A stretch of 63,945 bases of DNA, filler included, from Stramenopiles sp. TOSAG23-2 (lineage: Eukaryota): assembly GCA_900128395.1 (NCBI GenBank). It is 4 parts of 4 records of this genome, joined end to end, with 100 filler letters (N's around TTAATTAATTAA, not from the genome) between each part and the next. Parts side by side here need not be neighbours in the genome. Positions count along the whole stretch, not along the records: positions 33,954 to 50,810 come from LT649665.1; positions 50,911 to 63,945 come from LT649820.1; 2 more parts are not named here. One strand, 5' to 3'. Below are positions 45,023-55,667 of this stretch, one piece after another. The first letter of the stretch is position 1. Each line of letters begins with the position of its first letter. The notes beneath the pieces were generated by a model. That model made no database searches, had not been told where the DNA came from, and saw only the letters and a list, made by a program, of their open reading frames with translations. A program made the position numbers and the translations under genes.

Positions 45023-46909
45023 TTAACCATCATCATTTGATACCAACAACTGTAAATATATCTTCAAATATTTATCTACCATTTGATCCATGCGAAAATG
45101 AGTTTTTACAAGTTTTAAACCATTTGAACTTATAGCCTCGTATAACGTTATATTGGTCAACATTGTATACATCCCATCTGCAAGCGCTTCAATAATCGAT
45201 GCAATACCCGATTCATCTCCTTCGTTTACTACATCTACTACATATCCTGTCAACATGTGTTCTGTGTATTCCAACGAACCACCGTATCCAAAATGAACAA
45301 TTGGTACGCCTCTTCCCATCGCCTCAATATTAGAAATGCCAAAAGTTTCGGCATCTCGCAATGATGTTTGTACAACAATATCAAGCTTATCTAAAACCTT
45401 TGTCATCTCTTCTCGTTTGACCCATCCGTAAAATTCAATATCATCCCCATCTGATAAATTTATTTCGTCAAATGCTACTTTTTTCAACTCTTGCAATAAA
45501 GCACCATCACCAATCATGATGACTTTGACTCTACCATATCCTAAATTTTTTAATTTATGATTCAAGTATCGTATGGCATACAAAAAAAGTCCAACTGACT
45601 TTTCACTTTCCATACGCCCTATAAATCCAATAGTAGCAGATATCATACCTGTTTTGGAATCAACCTTTCTAAGCCGTCCATTTTCCACAAAATTGGATAC
45701 TCCAGGATTAATCACAAAAAATGGACAATTTAAATCGTTTACAGAAAAATGTTCTTTTACAAAATTAGATGGACCAACACATGCATCCAATTCAAAATGT
45801 TTTTCAATATTTGGATATAGATTTGGTAAATCCATTACTATTTTTTTCACGTTCGCCATTTTTGCAGCCGTTATCAATATATTATCATTTGAATCTCTAG
45901 AGTTAGCAAAAATCAATATATCTTTTTTAATTAAATTTTTCACAAACAGATTATAAAATAATTGTACAGTTGAATCAAGTGAATATTGCATACCATCGAT
46001 CGAATTGTATTTTTCCAATGCTACATCATATTCATTTTTCAATAATGTATCAAGACTTTTTGGAAAATCTTTTGTATAATAAAGTTCAGTTGGTATTGAA
46101 AAGACCCCGGTGCGGAAATATGGTATTTTCAATGCTGTTAGGTACGGTAATAACGGACCAGTAGCATTTTTACTGCAAGCAAAACAATAATATGTAACAT
46201 CAAATACATCTTTGTACGTTGAAGATTGCATACGTTTAAATTGTTCTATCCATATAGTTTTTTGTCCATCTAAGGTTAGTGTTCCAACAACAGCAATTTT
46301 GATTTTCTTATTGGCTCCATATTTATTTTTATAGGCCATTACTAATTTTTTCAATTCAACTCCAGTTGAATCTATTGATAACGAGGGTGGAGGCAATATT
46401 TTCAATTTTTCTGCAATAGTAAGCGATGAAGACGATTCGTGTAGATAGAATCTTTTTATTTCAGATGGCACGATTTCAAAAATAACATTTGTACGATAAA
46501 CTTCATTGCCAAAATCTTTCCTTTCACCTTCGTATTTTATCAATTGAAAATGAATAAGATGAGTTCCAGCTTGTACATTATGTAATGTCAAAATACCATT
46601 TTTTACCTCTTCGTATTTGGTCAAAAACATACCAGCTTGTGATAGTGAATTAGATGACACCTTCAAAACGCCATCACTTGGAATATCAAAATTATTTAGT
46701 TTATATTTTACACCCATCGATATTCCTTTATTACCATCGGTATTTGCTATTCCCAATCCAATTATTTCATGTCGAAATGGAGAAATAATTTCAACACTAG
46801 GGGATGCTGTAATAGTTGGGGATGCAAAAATTACTATAATTAGCAATAATATCAAAAATAAGTATACCACTATACATACATTCTTGTTATTGTTGTTGTC
46901 CTTCCTCAT
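45023..46909 (-). CDS. Membrane-anchored GT-B glycosyltransferase (GT4/group 1)
   Basis: N-terminal TM anchor; IGFIGRMESEKSVGLF, MIGDGAL, ETFGISNIEAMGRGVPIV (E-x7-E motif). Confidence 0.9.
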   Translation of the reverse strand: MRKDNNNNKNVCIVVYLFLILLLIIVIFASPTITASPSVEIISPFRHEIIGLGIANTDGNKGISMGVKYKLNNFDIPSDGVLKVSSNSLSQAGMFLTKYEEVKNGILTLHNVQAGTHLIHFQLIKYEGERKDFGNEVYRTNVIFEIVPSEIKRFYLHESSSSLTIAEKLKILPPPSLSIDSTGVELKKLVMAYKNKYGANKKIKIAVVGTLTLDGQKTIWIEQFKRMQSSTYKDVFDVTYYCFACSKNATGPLLPYLTALKIPYFRTGVFSIPTELYYTKDFPKSLDTLLKNEYDVALEKYNSIDGMQYSLDSTVQLFYNLFVKNLIKKDILIFANSRDSNDNILITAAKMANVKKIVMDLPNLYPNIEKHFELDACVGPSNFVKEHFSVNDLNCPFFVINPGVSNFVENGRLRKVDSKTGMISATIGFIGRMESEKSVGLFLYAIRYLNHKLKNLGYGRVKVIMIGDGALLQELKKVAFDEINLSDGDDIEFYGWVKREEMTKVLDKLDIVVQTSLRDAETFGISNIEAMGRGVPIVHFGYGGSLEYTEHMLTGYVVDVVNEGDESGIASIIEALADGMYTMLTNITLYEAISSNGLKLVKTHFRMDQMVDKYLKIYLQLLVSNDDG

Positions 46910-47031
46910 GATATGATACAAGAACAATGATTTCCATTCTTTCGTATAGGATTAGGATGATATATATATGTTTTTAATATATTTATTTTGTGAATTAATA
47001 GAATATGTGCATATCATTTCCAGATTTGCAC

Positions 47032-47063
47032 ATTTCAATGATGATATATATCATCATTGAAAT
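47032..47063. repeat. Perfect 32-bp palindrome upstream of the glycosyltransferase
   Basis: ATTTCAATGATGATATATATCATCATTGAAAT is its own reverse complement. Confidence 0.92.
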
Positions 47064-47589
47064 CATGATGATGTTAATGTAATTGGATACTAATATTAAT
47101 ACTACTATAATAGCTCGCTAGTGTACTCTTAAGGTTAAAGTAACACAGGCACATCATGCATAATTAGCTAGCTCTAGCCATCAGCCATCAGAGGCCCAAA
47201 ATTTTTTTCCAAATAATAATTTCGAAATAATTTCAATAATAGTAGAGCATGCCCAGCATGCTAGAGGTTAATTTCATTAATATATAATATAATATTATAT
47301 GACGAGGACATCTATTTTAATATTATAATATTTTATATATATATATTAATTTTTTATTATTTTTTTTTTCAAAATTTCAATATATATATATATATTTAAT
47401 ATCACATATTATTAATATATGTAAAAATATATATATATAATATTATTTATTGGCCAGCCAGCTGGAGGATGATTTCGCCAAACCGGTTTACAAGGTTTCT
47501 TTATAGAGTTCTAGTTCACATGATCATCCGATATGCATGCTTAAGGATATAGTATGTATGTAAAAATGATGCTCTCTTTTAATATGGTA

Positions 47590-48855
47590 TTACAAGTTTG
47601 GAGAGACAAATTCGTTTATTTGATCTTTACCAAATGTTACAACTTTTCTTTTTTTGTTATTAGTATTATTATTATCATTTGTCGATTTTTTTTTCATCAT
47701 CATGTTTGTATTGTTATTATTATTGGATTTTCGTTTATTTTTATTAATTAAAATACCTTTTTTGTTGTTAGTATTAATGATTTTTTTAATTTTGCCATTG
47801 CCATCTTTTGATATTTTTTTCTTTCCTTTTCCTGCAAACATTTTACGACGTTTTTTCTTCTCTGTTGCTGGAGTTGAATCACGATTGAGATTATTATTCA
47901 TACCACTATAAACACTGATGTTTGAAGACGAAAATCCTTTTTTGTTGTTGTTTCTGCTACTATTATTACGACTGCTAGAAGATAAACTAGAAAAGTGTTG
48001 TGAATTATTATCATTTTTTTGAACTTCAGATGATTTACGATTGTTATTACTAACATTGCCAATAGATATTGATTTGAAATTATACATATCATCTTCACCA
48101 TAATGTCCAGAGGAAGGTAACATTAATGTTGTCGATGCGGCTGGTATTCTTGATCTATCATCATTAAAATTTGCAATTTTTCCAGAAGATTTACGAAGTT
48201 TAATACTTAATTTCATATTTTTCACTTTTTCATTTTGGTATTTTTCTTTCCACAAATCACGTTCACGTTTCATATTTTTTGTCGAAATATTACTTCCATT
48301 TGATTCATGTTGCAATTGGTTTTTATAAAAATCTCTTTCTTTCTCCGTAACAATATTTTTTTTTTGATAATTTTGGATTACAGTATTTTTCAAATAATTG
48401 TTTTCATCGTCTTTCTTCTTGTTTGAATCGCGTAATTGTTGCTTTTCTTTTTCAAGTTTCTTTATTTGATCCATTAAATTTTTCTGTTCAACTTTATGTT
48501 TTCCCTCTTTTTCAGAACGCATACGTTTCAACTCTTTGTTTTCTTTCAATGCTTTTACATGCTCTTCTTCTTTCCATATTTTGTTGTCTATTTCAGATTT
48601 TAACGCTGCCATAGATATTGAACTGTAATTTTCATCGAATTTATCAATTCCACTAAATGGTTCATTATTATACGACATAAAGGTTGTACTACTATTTTGT
48701 TCATTTCTTTGAAATAATGCTTGCTTCAAGGATTTTTCACATACGGATACCATGTTGTAAAGAGACTTCAAGTATTTCTCATTTCTTTCCCTCGTATTTT
48801 CATTATTGTTTGTTGTAAAATCTAAATTCATGATTTGATTTGTTTTTGTTTTCAT
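47590..48855 (-). CDS. Hypothetical coiled-coil protein with Asn/Lys-rich tail
   Basis: 421-aa ORF with a heptad-rich middle. It ends in RKVVTF, an RVxF-like motif. Confidence 0.7.
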   Translation of the reverse strand: MKTKTNQIMNLDFTTNNNENTRERNEKYLKSLYNMVSVCEKSLKQALFQRNEQNSSTTFMSYNNEPFSGIDKFDENYSSISMAALKSEIDNKIWKEEEHVKALKENKELKRMRSEKEGKHKVEQKNLMDQIKKLEKEKQQLRDSNKKKDDENNYLKNTVIQNYQKKNIVTEKERDFYKNQLQHESNGSNISTKNMKRERDLWKEKYQNEKVKNMKLSIKLRKSSGKIANFNDDRSRIPAASTTLMLPSSGHYGEDDMYNFKSISIGNVSNNNRKSSEVQKNDNNSQHFSSLSSSSRNNSSRNNNKKGFSSSNISVYSGMNNNLNRDSTPATEKKKRRKMFAGKGKKKISKDGNGKIKKIINTNNKKGILINKNKRKSNNNNNTNMMMKKKSTNDNNNTNNKKRKVVTFGKDQINEFVSPNL

Positions 48856-49321
48856 TTCGTTTCAGTTCTTTTTCTTTCTTCTGTACATATGTATATATAG
48901 GTCGTGTAGTGTGTGTATTTCTCTCTATATATATTAGTAGAATTATTATGTATGTTTTTGATTTTGTGCACGCCTGCTGGCACGACGATTTGCACATTTA
49001 GCCATTTAGATTCACACCATCATCCACACAGCAGGGAGAATAATAGAGACTATAGTCGTCTATTAGTACTGTGTATTGGTTTAATTAAATCAGCCAGCCT
49101 TACCGGTGGTAAGCCAGTAAGCCAGCTGGGCCAGCCAGCCAGCCCATAATCAGGAATACTGGAAACGAACCCCAGACATTTTCCTTGCTGGCTTTCCAGC
49201 TTTTGCCCAGCTTGCCAGTATAATACCACAGTATAATATTAAACGGCCTAATATAAATATAACTATTTATACAAGATACAGTAAGTTTTCCTTTTGTCAG
49301 GATAATATTAACTGTACCTGG

Positions 49322-49435
49322 ACTGGCAAGGAAAATCTAGACTGTTTTCCCAGGAAAGCCAAAGCAACAAACCCTAACCCTGACAAGGAAAACAGTCCAG
49401 AGTACTGGAGTACACCAGAGATTTTCCTTGCCAGT
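49322..49435. repeat. Nested inverted repeats (17-bp outer and 11-bp inner stems) enclosing AAACCCTAACCCT
   Basis: ACTGGCAAGGAAAATCT/AGATTTTCCTTGCCAGT and GACTGTTTTCC/GGAAAACAGTC; telomere-like sequence at 49369-49381. Confidence 0.85.
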
Positions 49436-49619
49436 AGCTATGTTATAGTGTGTTACGATATAATTTTAATAGTTTTAATTACGACTATGATACAATATAT
49501 ATATATATATATCACATAAGATAATCTAAATATAAATTACAAAAGATATTATTATTGTTGTTTATTTGATTGTCCGTCGAAGTTTTTCAATTGTAAAAGT
49601 CTGCTTATACATCATTGTC

Positions 49620-50615
49620 ATGAATATTTTGCACTATTCATTTTTCCTTCTGGTATCTTTTACTTTTATATTCTATTTTATACACACAACAGTAAGGATC
49701 CGTAAAAAACATTATCGAAAAAACATAATGACTGACTCAGCCTCAATCCAAAGTTCGCCTGATGTTAAAGCTGCACATGCTCGGTTGAGAAGCATGGCGA
49801 AAATGCCATCTGAAACAGTTCAGACCTCTAATGGAAAATCGTTAAAATGCTCAAAGATTTTTATTGATATTGGTGCCAATATTGGTTTGCATTCCCGATT
49901 TATCTTTGAATCTGAACATTATCCAGCGAAGAGAATTATGGATTATTCACGTGCTAGTAAAAATAGATGGTATTATCGAATGGGGGTCAATTTACGTCAA
50001 CTTTACCAAGTATTTAATCAGACCTTAGGTCCTCCGTCTTCGCGTCGCAATCGGGATTCTGGTATTTGTGTGTTTGGATTGGAAGCAAATCCACAACGAT
50101 GTGAACGGTTAAAGAAATTACAAAAGACGTATCGAAATATGGGATGGTACTTGAATTATAGCTGTCCCATTGCAGCCTATAAAAATGCAAATGGTGTCAA
50201 CATATACGTCGACAAGACAAGTGATAGAGACAATAATGATTGGGGTGCCTCTATTCATGATTGGAATAAGAAGGACAAAAGGAAGTCCATTAAAGTTCCA
50301 AGTGTTGACTTAGCACAATATGTTAAATTTATATTAAACGACCATTCCCCCGACTTTACAATGATGAAACTGGATATTGAAGGAGCGGAATATGATGTAT
50401 TACCTGGATTAGATAAAAGCGGATCCCTTTGCTCTTCAAATATTAATGGTTTGGATTATATGACTATTGAATATCATCCCTGGGTCACTGCAGATCGTAA
50501 CTGGCGATCTCGACACTATGAAATAAAATCTAAGAAATGTGATATACCAACAAAAATATTAGAATTAGACAGTGAAGCATATTATAGAGATGGAGTAGCT
50601 TTCCCTAAACCATAA
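49620..50615 (+). CDS. FkbM-family SAM-dependent methyltransferase-like protein with N-terminal membrane anchor
   Basis: IFIDIGANIG, VFGLEANP, MKLDIEGAEYDVL, IEYH. Confidence 0.85.
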   Translation: MNILHYSFFLLVSFTFIFYFIHTTVRIRKKHYRKNIMTDSASIQSSPDVKAAHARLRSMAKMPSETVQTSNGKSLKCSKIFIDIGANIGLHSRFIFESEHYPAKRIMDYSRASKNRWYYRMGVNLRQLYQVFNQTLGPPSSRRNRDSGICVFGLEANPQRCERLKKLQKTYRNMGWYLNYSCPIAAYKNANGVNIYVDKTSDRDNNDWGASIHDWNKKDKRKSIKVPSVDLAQYVKFILNDHSPDFTMMKLDIEGAEYDVLPGLDKSGSLCSSNINGLDYMTIEYHPWVTADRNWRSRHYEIKSKKCDIPTKILELDSEAYYRDGVAFPKP

Positions 50616-50661
50616 TTTTAACAAGAGGAATATATATATATATATTATATTATATAAATAT

Positions 50662-50775
50662 TGGTTAAAATCTAAGTTATAATAGTTTTACTTCTCATGT
50701 GGTAAATAATATGCTCAATACTCAATCTCGAGAATTAAATATTCTATCCTACTATCTATAGTGAAGCTCTAATGC
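50662..50775 (+). repeat. Dispersed 3'-intergenic repeat, copy B (near contig end)
   Basis: TGGTTAAAATCTAAGTTATAAT...ATGCTCAATACTCAATC...TATCCTACTAT...AAGCTCT.ATGC is colinear with 56934-57045. Confidence 0.9.
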
Positions 50776-50810
50776 ACGTCTGCAAACTAATACTCCACAA
50801 GCACGAGTAG

Positions 50811-50910
50811 NNNNNNNNNNNNNNNNNNNNNNNNNNNNNNNNNNNNNNNNNNNNTTAATTAATTAANNNNNNNNNNNNNNNNNNNNNNNNNNNNNNNNNN
50901 NNNNNNNNNN
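50811..50910. other. Artificial contig-joining spacer
   Basis: N44-TTAATTAATTAA-N44. Confidence 0.98.
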
Positions 50911-50911
50911 G

Positions 50912-51346
50912 AATGGCTACAGAGATGATATGACATTGAAAGAAATGGTGAGTCAAGTCGGTAGAGATAGGTATGGTAATGAATGTACACCTTTAATGGC
51001 AGCTGCAGGGAACGAACATGTACAACTAGCTGAACATTTAATTGAACAAGGTGAAGCTGATCCTAATATTGCAGATAGTTATGGATGTAATGCATTACAT
51101 GTAGCAGCACGTTATAACAGAACGACTACTGAGTTGATTCAATTGTTGTTAACGCATATGCCTCTTGATAGTATTAATAAGAAGAACGGGTGGGGACGCA
51201 CTCCCCTGGACAATGCATATCGTAATAATCGTAGTCCAATTCGCCAAGAGATCATTGCACTTTTACGTTCAAAAGGTGGAAAAGCAAATTATCATGATGC
51301 AAATGGTAGATATGTAAGAGAAGGTAATGGTGATTTAAATCATTAA
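50912..51346 (+). CDS. Ankyrin-repeat protein, probably 5'-truncated at the contig start
   Basis: The frame is open from 50912. TPLMAAA, GEADPN, NALHVAA, GRTPLDNA. Confidence 0.85.
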   Translation, partial: NGYRDDMTLKEMVSQVGRDRYGNECTPLMAAAGNEHVQLAEHLIEQGEADPNIADSYGCNALHVAARYNRTTTELIQLLLTHMPLDSINKKNGWGRTPLDNAYRNNRSPIRQEIIALLRSKGGKANYHDANGRYVREGNGDLNH

Positions 51347-51714
51347 AAAATGGGTTTTACTCACACACACACATAAAATTTTTGTGTACCCATTTTTGAT
51401 TTATAATGTGTTATATGTGTAATTTATGCCCTGTATCCAATATTACATGTATATATATATTAATATTAAATATTTTTAAAAAACATTTCCGAGTACGTAA
51501 CACACTCTCCCCACACCTCTCTCGTCCCCCTTCTTGCTTTTCAACAATTTCTCTTTCTTTAAAGCTTTTGCCTTTGTGATATTTCTAAATTTTTATATGA
51601 TATACGTATATAAAATTCACACCACTCACTTCCTGATAATATATATATATTATATATACATGTAACACCACTATCTTGACTCTTAAACCAGGTATATCCA
51701 TATATATATATATA

Positions 51715-53112
51715 TTAATCAAAACGTGGTGCACGATCAACACCTAAACCATATAAAATGGATTCATAATCTTTGCGCAATGTACCACCAAAGATAACAT
51801 CACGTAATTTGAAAAATACTTGTCCAGTCAACAAACTATCACTACCTGCTTGATGCATTTGTCCAATTCTTTCTACTTGTAAATCTTCACCTAAACGATT
51901 TAAACCACCTTCGAAACCATTTCCCATTTTCGCCATGTATTTTTCATCATAAATAGATGGAAAATACGTACGCATTAATGCGAAAAAACCATCTTCCGTC
52001 TCTGGCAACGGTTTACACGTTAAAACTTTTAATAAATATCCAAAATCATAACCACCATGAAATGTAATCCATGTCACACCTGGCATCAATACTAAGCCTG
52101 AACTAATCAAAAGTTCCCCAAAATCATGTACATCAATGCCCCTCGCATTATGTTGCTTAAAATCTATGCCGGAATGTTGTAAAAGTTCAATGGAATCTTG
52201 TGCAAACATATCATCGTCTAAACTAAATCGAAAATTAAATTGCCAACATGGACAATCTGGTGCCAATTCTCCATTTTCATCGAAAAATGCAACACCTAGT
52301 TGTATGATTTTTAATAAATCTACATTACATCTTAAAGTTTGATATTGTTGATCTGTTGTGACAGAATCTGCAATTGGACGTGCTACTACACCTGGAAACT
52401 CCGTATCCATCGCTATATATTTATATTTTGATATTAATTTACGTATGTATCCTATTTCTTGTATCAACTTATCGTTGTAAACATCTCTGATTTCTAAATG
52501 TTTCCCTTTATATTGAAAAACAGTTGCCTTTGATTTGATTGGAATTTTACGAATATTATTATTACTACTACTATTCATTGATGTTGTTGTTACTGCTGCT
52601 GTTGTTTCTGTTGTTGTTGCTGCTGCTGCTGCTGCAGTTGTAGACGTGCCATTGTTTGCATTGTAATTCTCCCCATTTCCTTGTTCTTGTTGCTGCTGCT
52701 GCTGTTGTTGTTGGCGTTGCTGCTGTATAAATTGTTGTTGTTGTAAAGCAGATAGTGCAACACCACCAGCACCACTTGTTGATGGTGCTACTGGGTTGAT
52801 ATTATTTGTACTATTACCACCTCTAACACCACCATTTCCAATAAAACTATTAAAACCACCTTTATTTTGTTGATTGAAACTTCCCATGTTAAAACCATTG
52901 TTACCTGGGTCTTTGTTGCCATTGTTACCACGTAAAGAGTTTAACAATTCTACACCACTATTATTACTATTATTGTTACTACTATTGTTACTATTATTAT
53001 TATTATTATTAGTTACCATAGGTGATACCGCAACTTGTCCTGGATTTGAATATACTGAATTTTTAAAATTACCTGATATTGCTGATCCAACATTTCCATT
53101 GTTATAATTCAT
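51715..53112 (-). CDS. CAF1: CCR4-NOT deadenylase CAF1/POP2 (CNOT7/8) with long N/Q/G-rich N-terminal extension
   Basis: Intact DEDDh motifs AMDTEFPGVVARP, FHGGYDFGY, HQAGSDSLLT; also YQTLRCNVDLLKIIQLG. Confidence 0.96.
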   Translation of the reverse strand: MNYNNGNVGSAISGNFKNSVYSNPGQVAVSPMVTNNNNNNSNNSSNNNSNNSGVELLNSLRGNNGNKDPGNNGFNMGSFNQQNKGGFNSFIGNGGVRGGNSTNNINPVAPSTSGAGGVALSALQQQQFIQQQRQQQQQQQQQEQGNGENYNANNGTSTTAAAAAATTTETTAAVTTTSMNSSSNNNIRKIPIKSKATVFQYKGKHLEIRDVYNDKLIQEIGYIRKLISKYKYIAMDTEFPGVVARPIADSVTTDQQYQTLRCNVDLLKIIQLGVAFFDENGELAPDCPCWQFNFRFSLDDDMFAQDSIELLQHSGIDFKQHNARGIDVHDFGELLISSGLVLMPGVTWITFHGGYDFGYLLKVLTCKPLPETEDGFFALMRTYFPSIYDEKYMAKMGNGFEGGLNRLGEDLQVERIGQMHQAGSDSLLTGQVFFKLRDVIFGGTLRKDYESILYGLGVDRAPRFD

Positions 53113-53828
53113 AGTTGTGTATATGTATATATATATATATATTGAGTTGCACTTTTAAATCGTCTCGATATATATATATATATATATAAAAGTGTTCTAT
53201 CACTAATATATCTCTCGTACAACTTTGTCTGTTCTTCTCTCTCTCTCTGGTGATTATTATTGTGTTTGTACTAAAAGTGTTTATTCAATATTTATAATTT
53301 GATCGTCGAGTAGATTGTGTGAAAATATTGGGAATAAATAGTGTTGTGTATCAGGGTTTTATGTGCTAGAATAGGTAATAGATAATATTAATATTAGGTA
53401 TGTATACCCTATTATATATCACTGCTTTTGGAGTTTTAACGAGCACTTTTCGTATGCTGTGTGTATATTGTAATTTTGACCTATTTTTTTAAAAAAATAT
53501 TCACCATTTTTTTTTTTCTTTTATTAGATTTATAGCAACTGTGATATTTCCTTCTTAAATAAAATGGGGATTCCAATTGAGAAAATATAGATCAATTTCG
53601 AAAAATCTGGTGTTTTTGTCTAAATTCCTATCTATATTTAGTAGTGTTTACGTTACCATTAACAGTATTTTGCGAAAAGAGGCATCCGCAACACTTGCCT
53701 TCCAAATACCTTATCATGTTTCTTTTTTCCTACGCCCCTACCACGAGAGGTGTATTAGTATTAGTATGTGCACTAATATACCTGTATCCCAGGTTAAGGT
53801 GAATACGATGGTAATGGTCGAATAATAT

Positions 53829-53850
53829 TTTAGCACTTTTTTTTTGTTGA

Positions 53851-53886
<36 letters not shown>

Positions 53887-53894
53887 AATTTTAA

Positions 53895-53968
<74 letters not shown>

Positions 53969-54008
53969 AGCACTTTTTTTTTGTTGACAAAAAAAAAAAA
54001 AAAAAAAA
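53829..54008. repeat. Duplicated TTTAGCAC-T9-GTTGAC-(A)n unit with very long poly(A) tracts
   Basis: Unit at 53829 and 53966, with A-runs of about 32, 69 and 20 nt. Confidence 0.8.
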
Positions 54009-54200
54009 TAAAAATAAAAATTGAATTTGAATGAATAAAAAAAGACATTCAATATAAATTTAAAACACGTCTACATCTTACTCGTCGCCGTCGTCGTCGT
54101 CGTAAACTCAAAACAGAAACAAAATACATTTATATATATATATATATATATTTATATTTATAATAACAACAGAAGAAAAACATTGCATACACACGCAACA

Positions 54201-55667
54201 ATGTCGACACCAATGGAAGTGGAACCTATTGCTATGGAAGTGGAAAAAGATGATGAAAGTAAAAAAAATAATAATGACGAAAAGAAAAAACCACGTAAAA
54301 AACGTGAAATTAACGCTTGGGACGTGAAAGTAACGAAAAAAGATTTTAATCCTGAAATTGATGCTGCATTGGCAAAAGCAAATGAATTTGCAAAAGATGG
54401 AAATTTAAAAGATGCCGTAGCAGCATTGTTACCATTGGAAAAAGCAACTAGAGTTGCACAAGATGCACCAGCATGTACGAAAGTAGTATTAGGTATTACT
54501 ACAATATGTTTTGACGATCCAACTGATGGCTTTCAAACTGCAATTTCTACTGTCACCATGTTAGCAAAAAGACGTTCAGCATTGCAAACGCCAATTTTAA
54601 AAATGGTACAAAAAGCAATGGATTATATTGAAAAATCACCATCCGAGGAACGAAAAGTTGCGTTGATTGAAGCATTGCGTGCAGTGACGGAAGGTAAAAT
54701 ATTTTTGGAACTTGAAAGTGCACGTTTAACAAGACAATTAGCAGCTATTAAAGAAAAAAATGGTGACATAGCAGAAGCAGCAACGATTATGCAAGAAACT
54801 GCGGTGGAAACGATTGGTTCCATGGAAGGAAGGGAAAAAACAGATTTCATCTTGGAACAAATACGATTATGTTTAGCAAAGAAAGATTATGTACGTGCTG
54901 ATATTATTGGTAAAAAAATTAAACGTGATCGTTTAATTAAACAAGGATTTCATGATTTGAAATTACGTCATTGTGATTTAATGACTGAATTTAATACACA
55001 TAAAAAAAATATGTTAGCATTAGCAAATGATTTTTTATCACGTTTCAATACACCTTCAGTACAAGAAGATCCAAATTTGTGGAAGCCAGCATTGGAGCGC
55101 GTAGTATTATACATAGCACTTGCTCCATACGGTAAAGATCAACAACAACTTTTAAATCGTGTATTTAAAGAACCAAAATTGGTTGAAATAGTAGATTTTA
55201 AATGGTTATTGAAAACAATGCTTACACCAGAAATTTCATTGGAAATTTTGAAAAAAGATTCATTAACGAAACATGATATTTTTTCCGGAAAAGAATGGAA
55301 CTCCACTGAAACTGGTGTGGAGCGTGGTACGGACTATTTTAAAATTTTACGTCGACGTGTGATGGAAATGAATGCACGCGTTGTATCTCAATATTATAAA
55401 CGTATACGATTAGAACGCATGTCAACTTTACTTGCTGTGGAACAAGGTGAATTGGAAAATATTTTATCTGATATGGTTAGTGATAATGCATTATATTGTA
55501 AAATTGATCGACCAATGGGTATTGTAAGTTTTGTGAAAAATCAAAGCCCAGAAGCTGTACTGGATCAATGGTCAAATGATGTATCTACAATGTTAACTTT
55601 GATTGATCAAACGTGTCATTTAATAGCAAAAGAAAACATGGTAAATCAAGCTTCCGGTGGAAAGTAA
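54201..55667 (+). CDS. RPN5: 26S proteasome lid subunit RPN5 (PSMD12)
   Basis: LLPLEKATR, LRAVTEGKIFLELESARLT, VETIGSM..REKTDFILEQIRLCL, PCI domain YYKRIRLERMSTLL...KIDRP, TCHLIAKE. Confidence 0.96.
   Translation: MSTPMEVEPIAMEVEKDDESKKNNNDEKKKPRKKREINAWDVKVTKKDFNPEIDAALAKANEFAKDGNLKDAVAALLPLEKATRVAQDAPACTKVVLGITTICFDDPTDGFQTAISTVTMLAKRRSALQTPILKMVQKAMDYIEKSPSEERKVALIEALRAVTEGKIFLELESARLTRQLAAIKEKNGDIAEAATIMQETAVETIGSMEGREKTDFILEQIRLCLAKKDYVRADIIGKKIKRDRLIKQGFHDLKLRHCDLMTEFNTHKKNMLALANDFLSRFNTPSVQEDPNLWKPALERVVLYIALAPYGKDQQQLLNRVFKEPKLVEIVDFKWLLKTMLTPEISLEILKKDSLTKHDIFSGKEWNSTETGVERGTDYFKILRRRVMEMNARVVSQYYKRIRLERMSTLLAVEQGELENILSDMVSDNALYCKIDRPMGIVSFVKNQSPEAVLDQWSNDVSTMLTLIDQTCHLIAKENMVNQASGGK

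Noticed and set aside
45021-45035. ATGATGGTTAAA at the GT4 stop codon (and TTAACCATC at 10531) as reverse copies of the dispersed repeat
   Set aside because: The matches are only 9-12 bp of AT-rich sequence and do not extend.
45023-50615. Glycosyltransferase plus FkbM methyltransferase as a bacterial-style glycan gene cluster or HGT island
   Set aside because: Both have eukaryotic type II membrane anchors, are separated by an unrelated gene and long AT-rich spacers, and show no operon structure.
53830-54048. Poly-Phe ORF, or the poly(A) tail of a retrogene
   Set aside because: It is the translation of a homopolymer. No upstream retrocopy body is evident.
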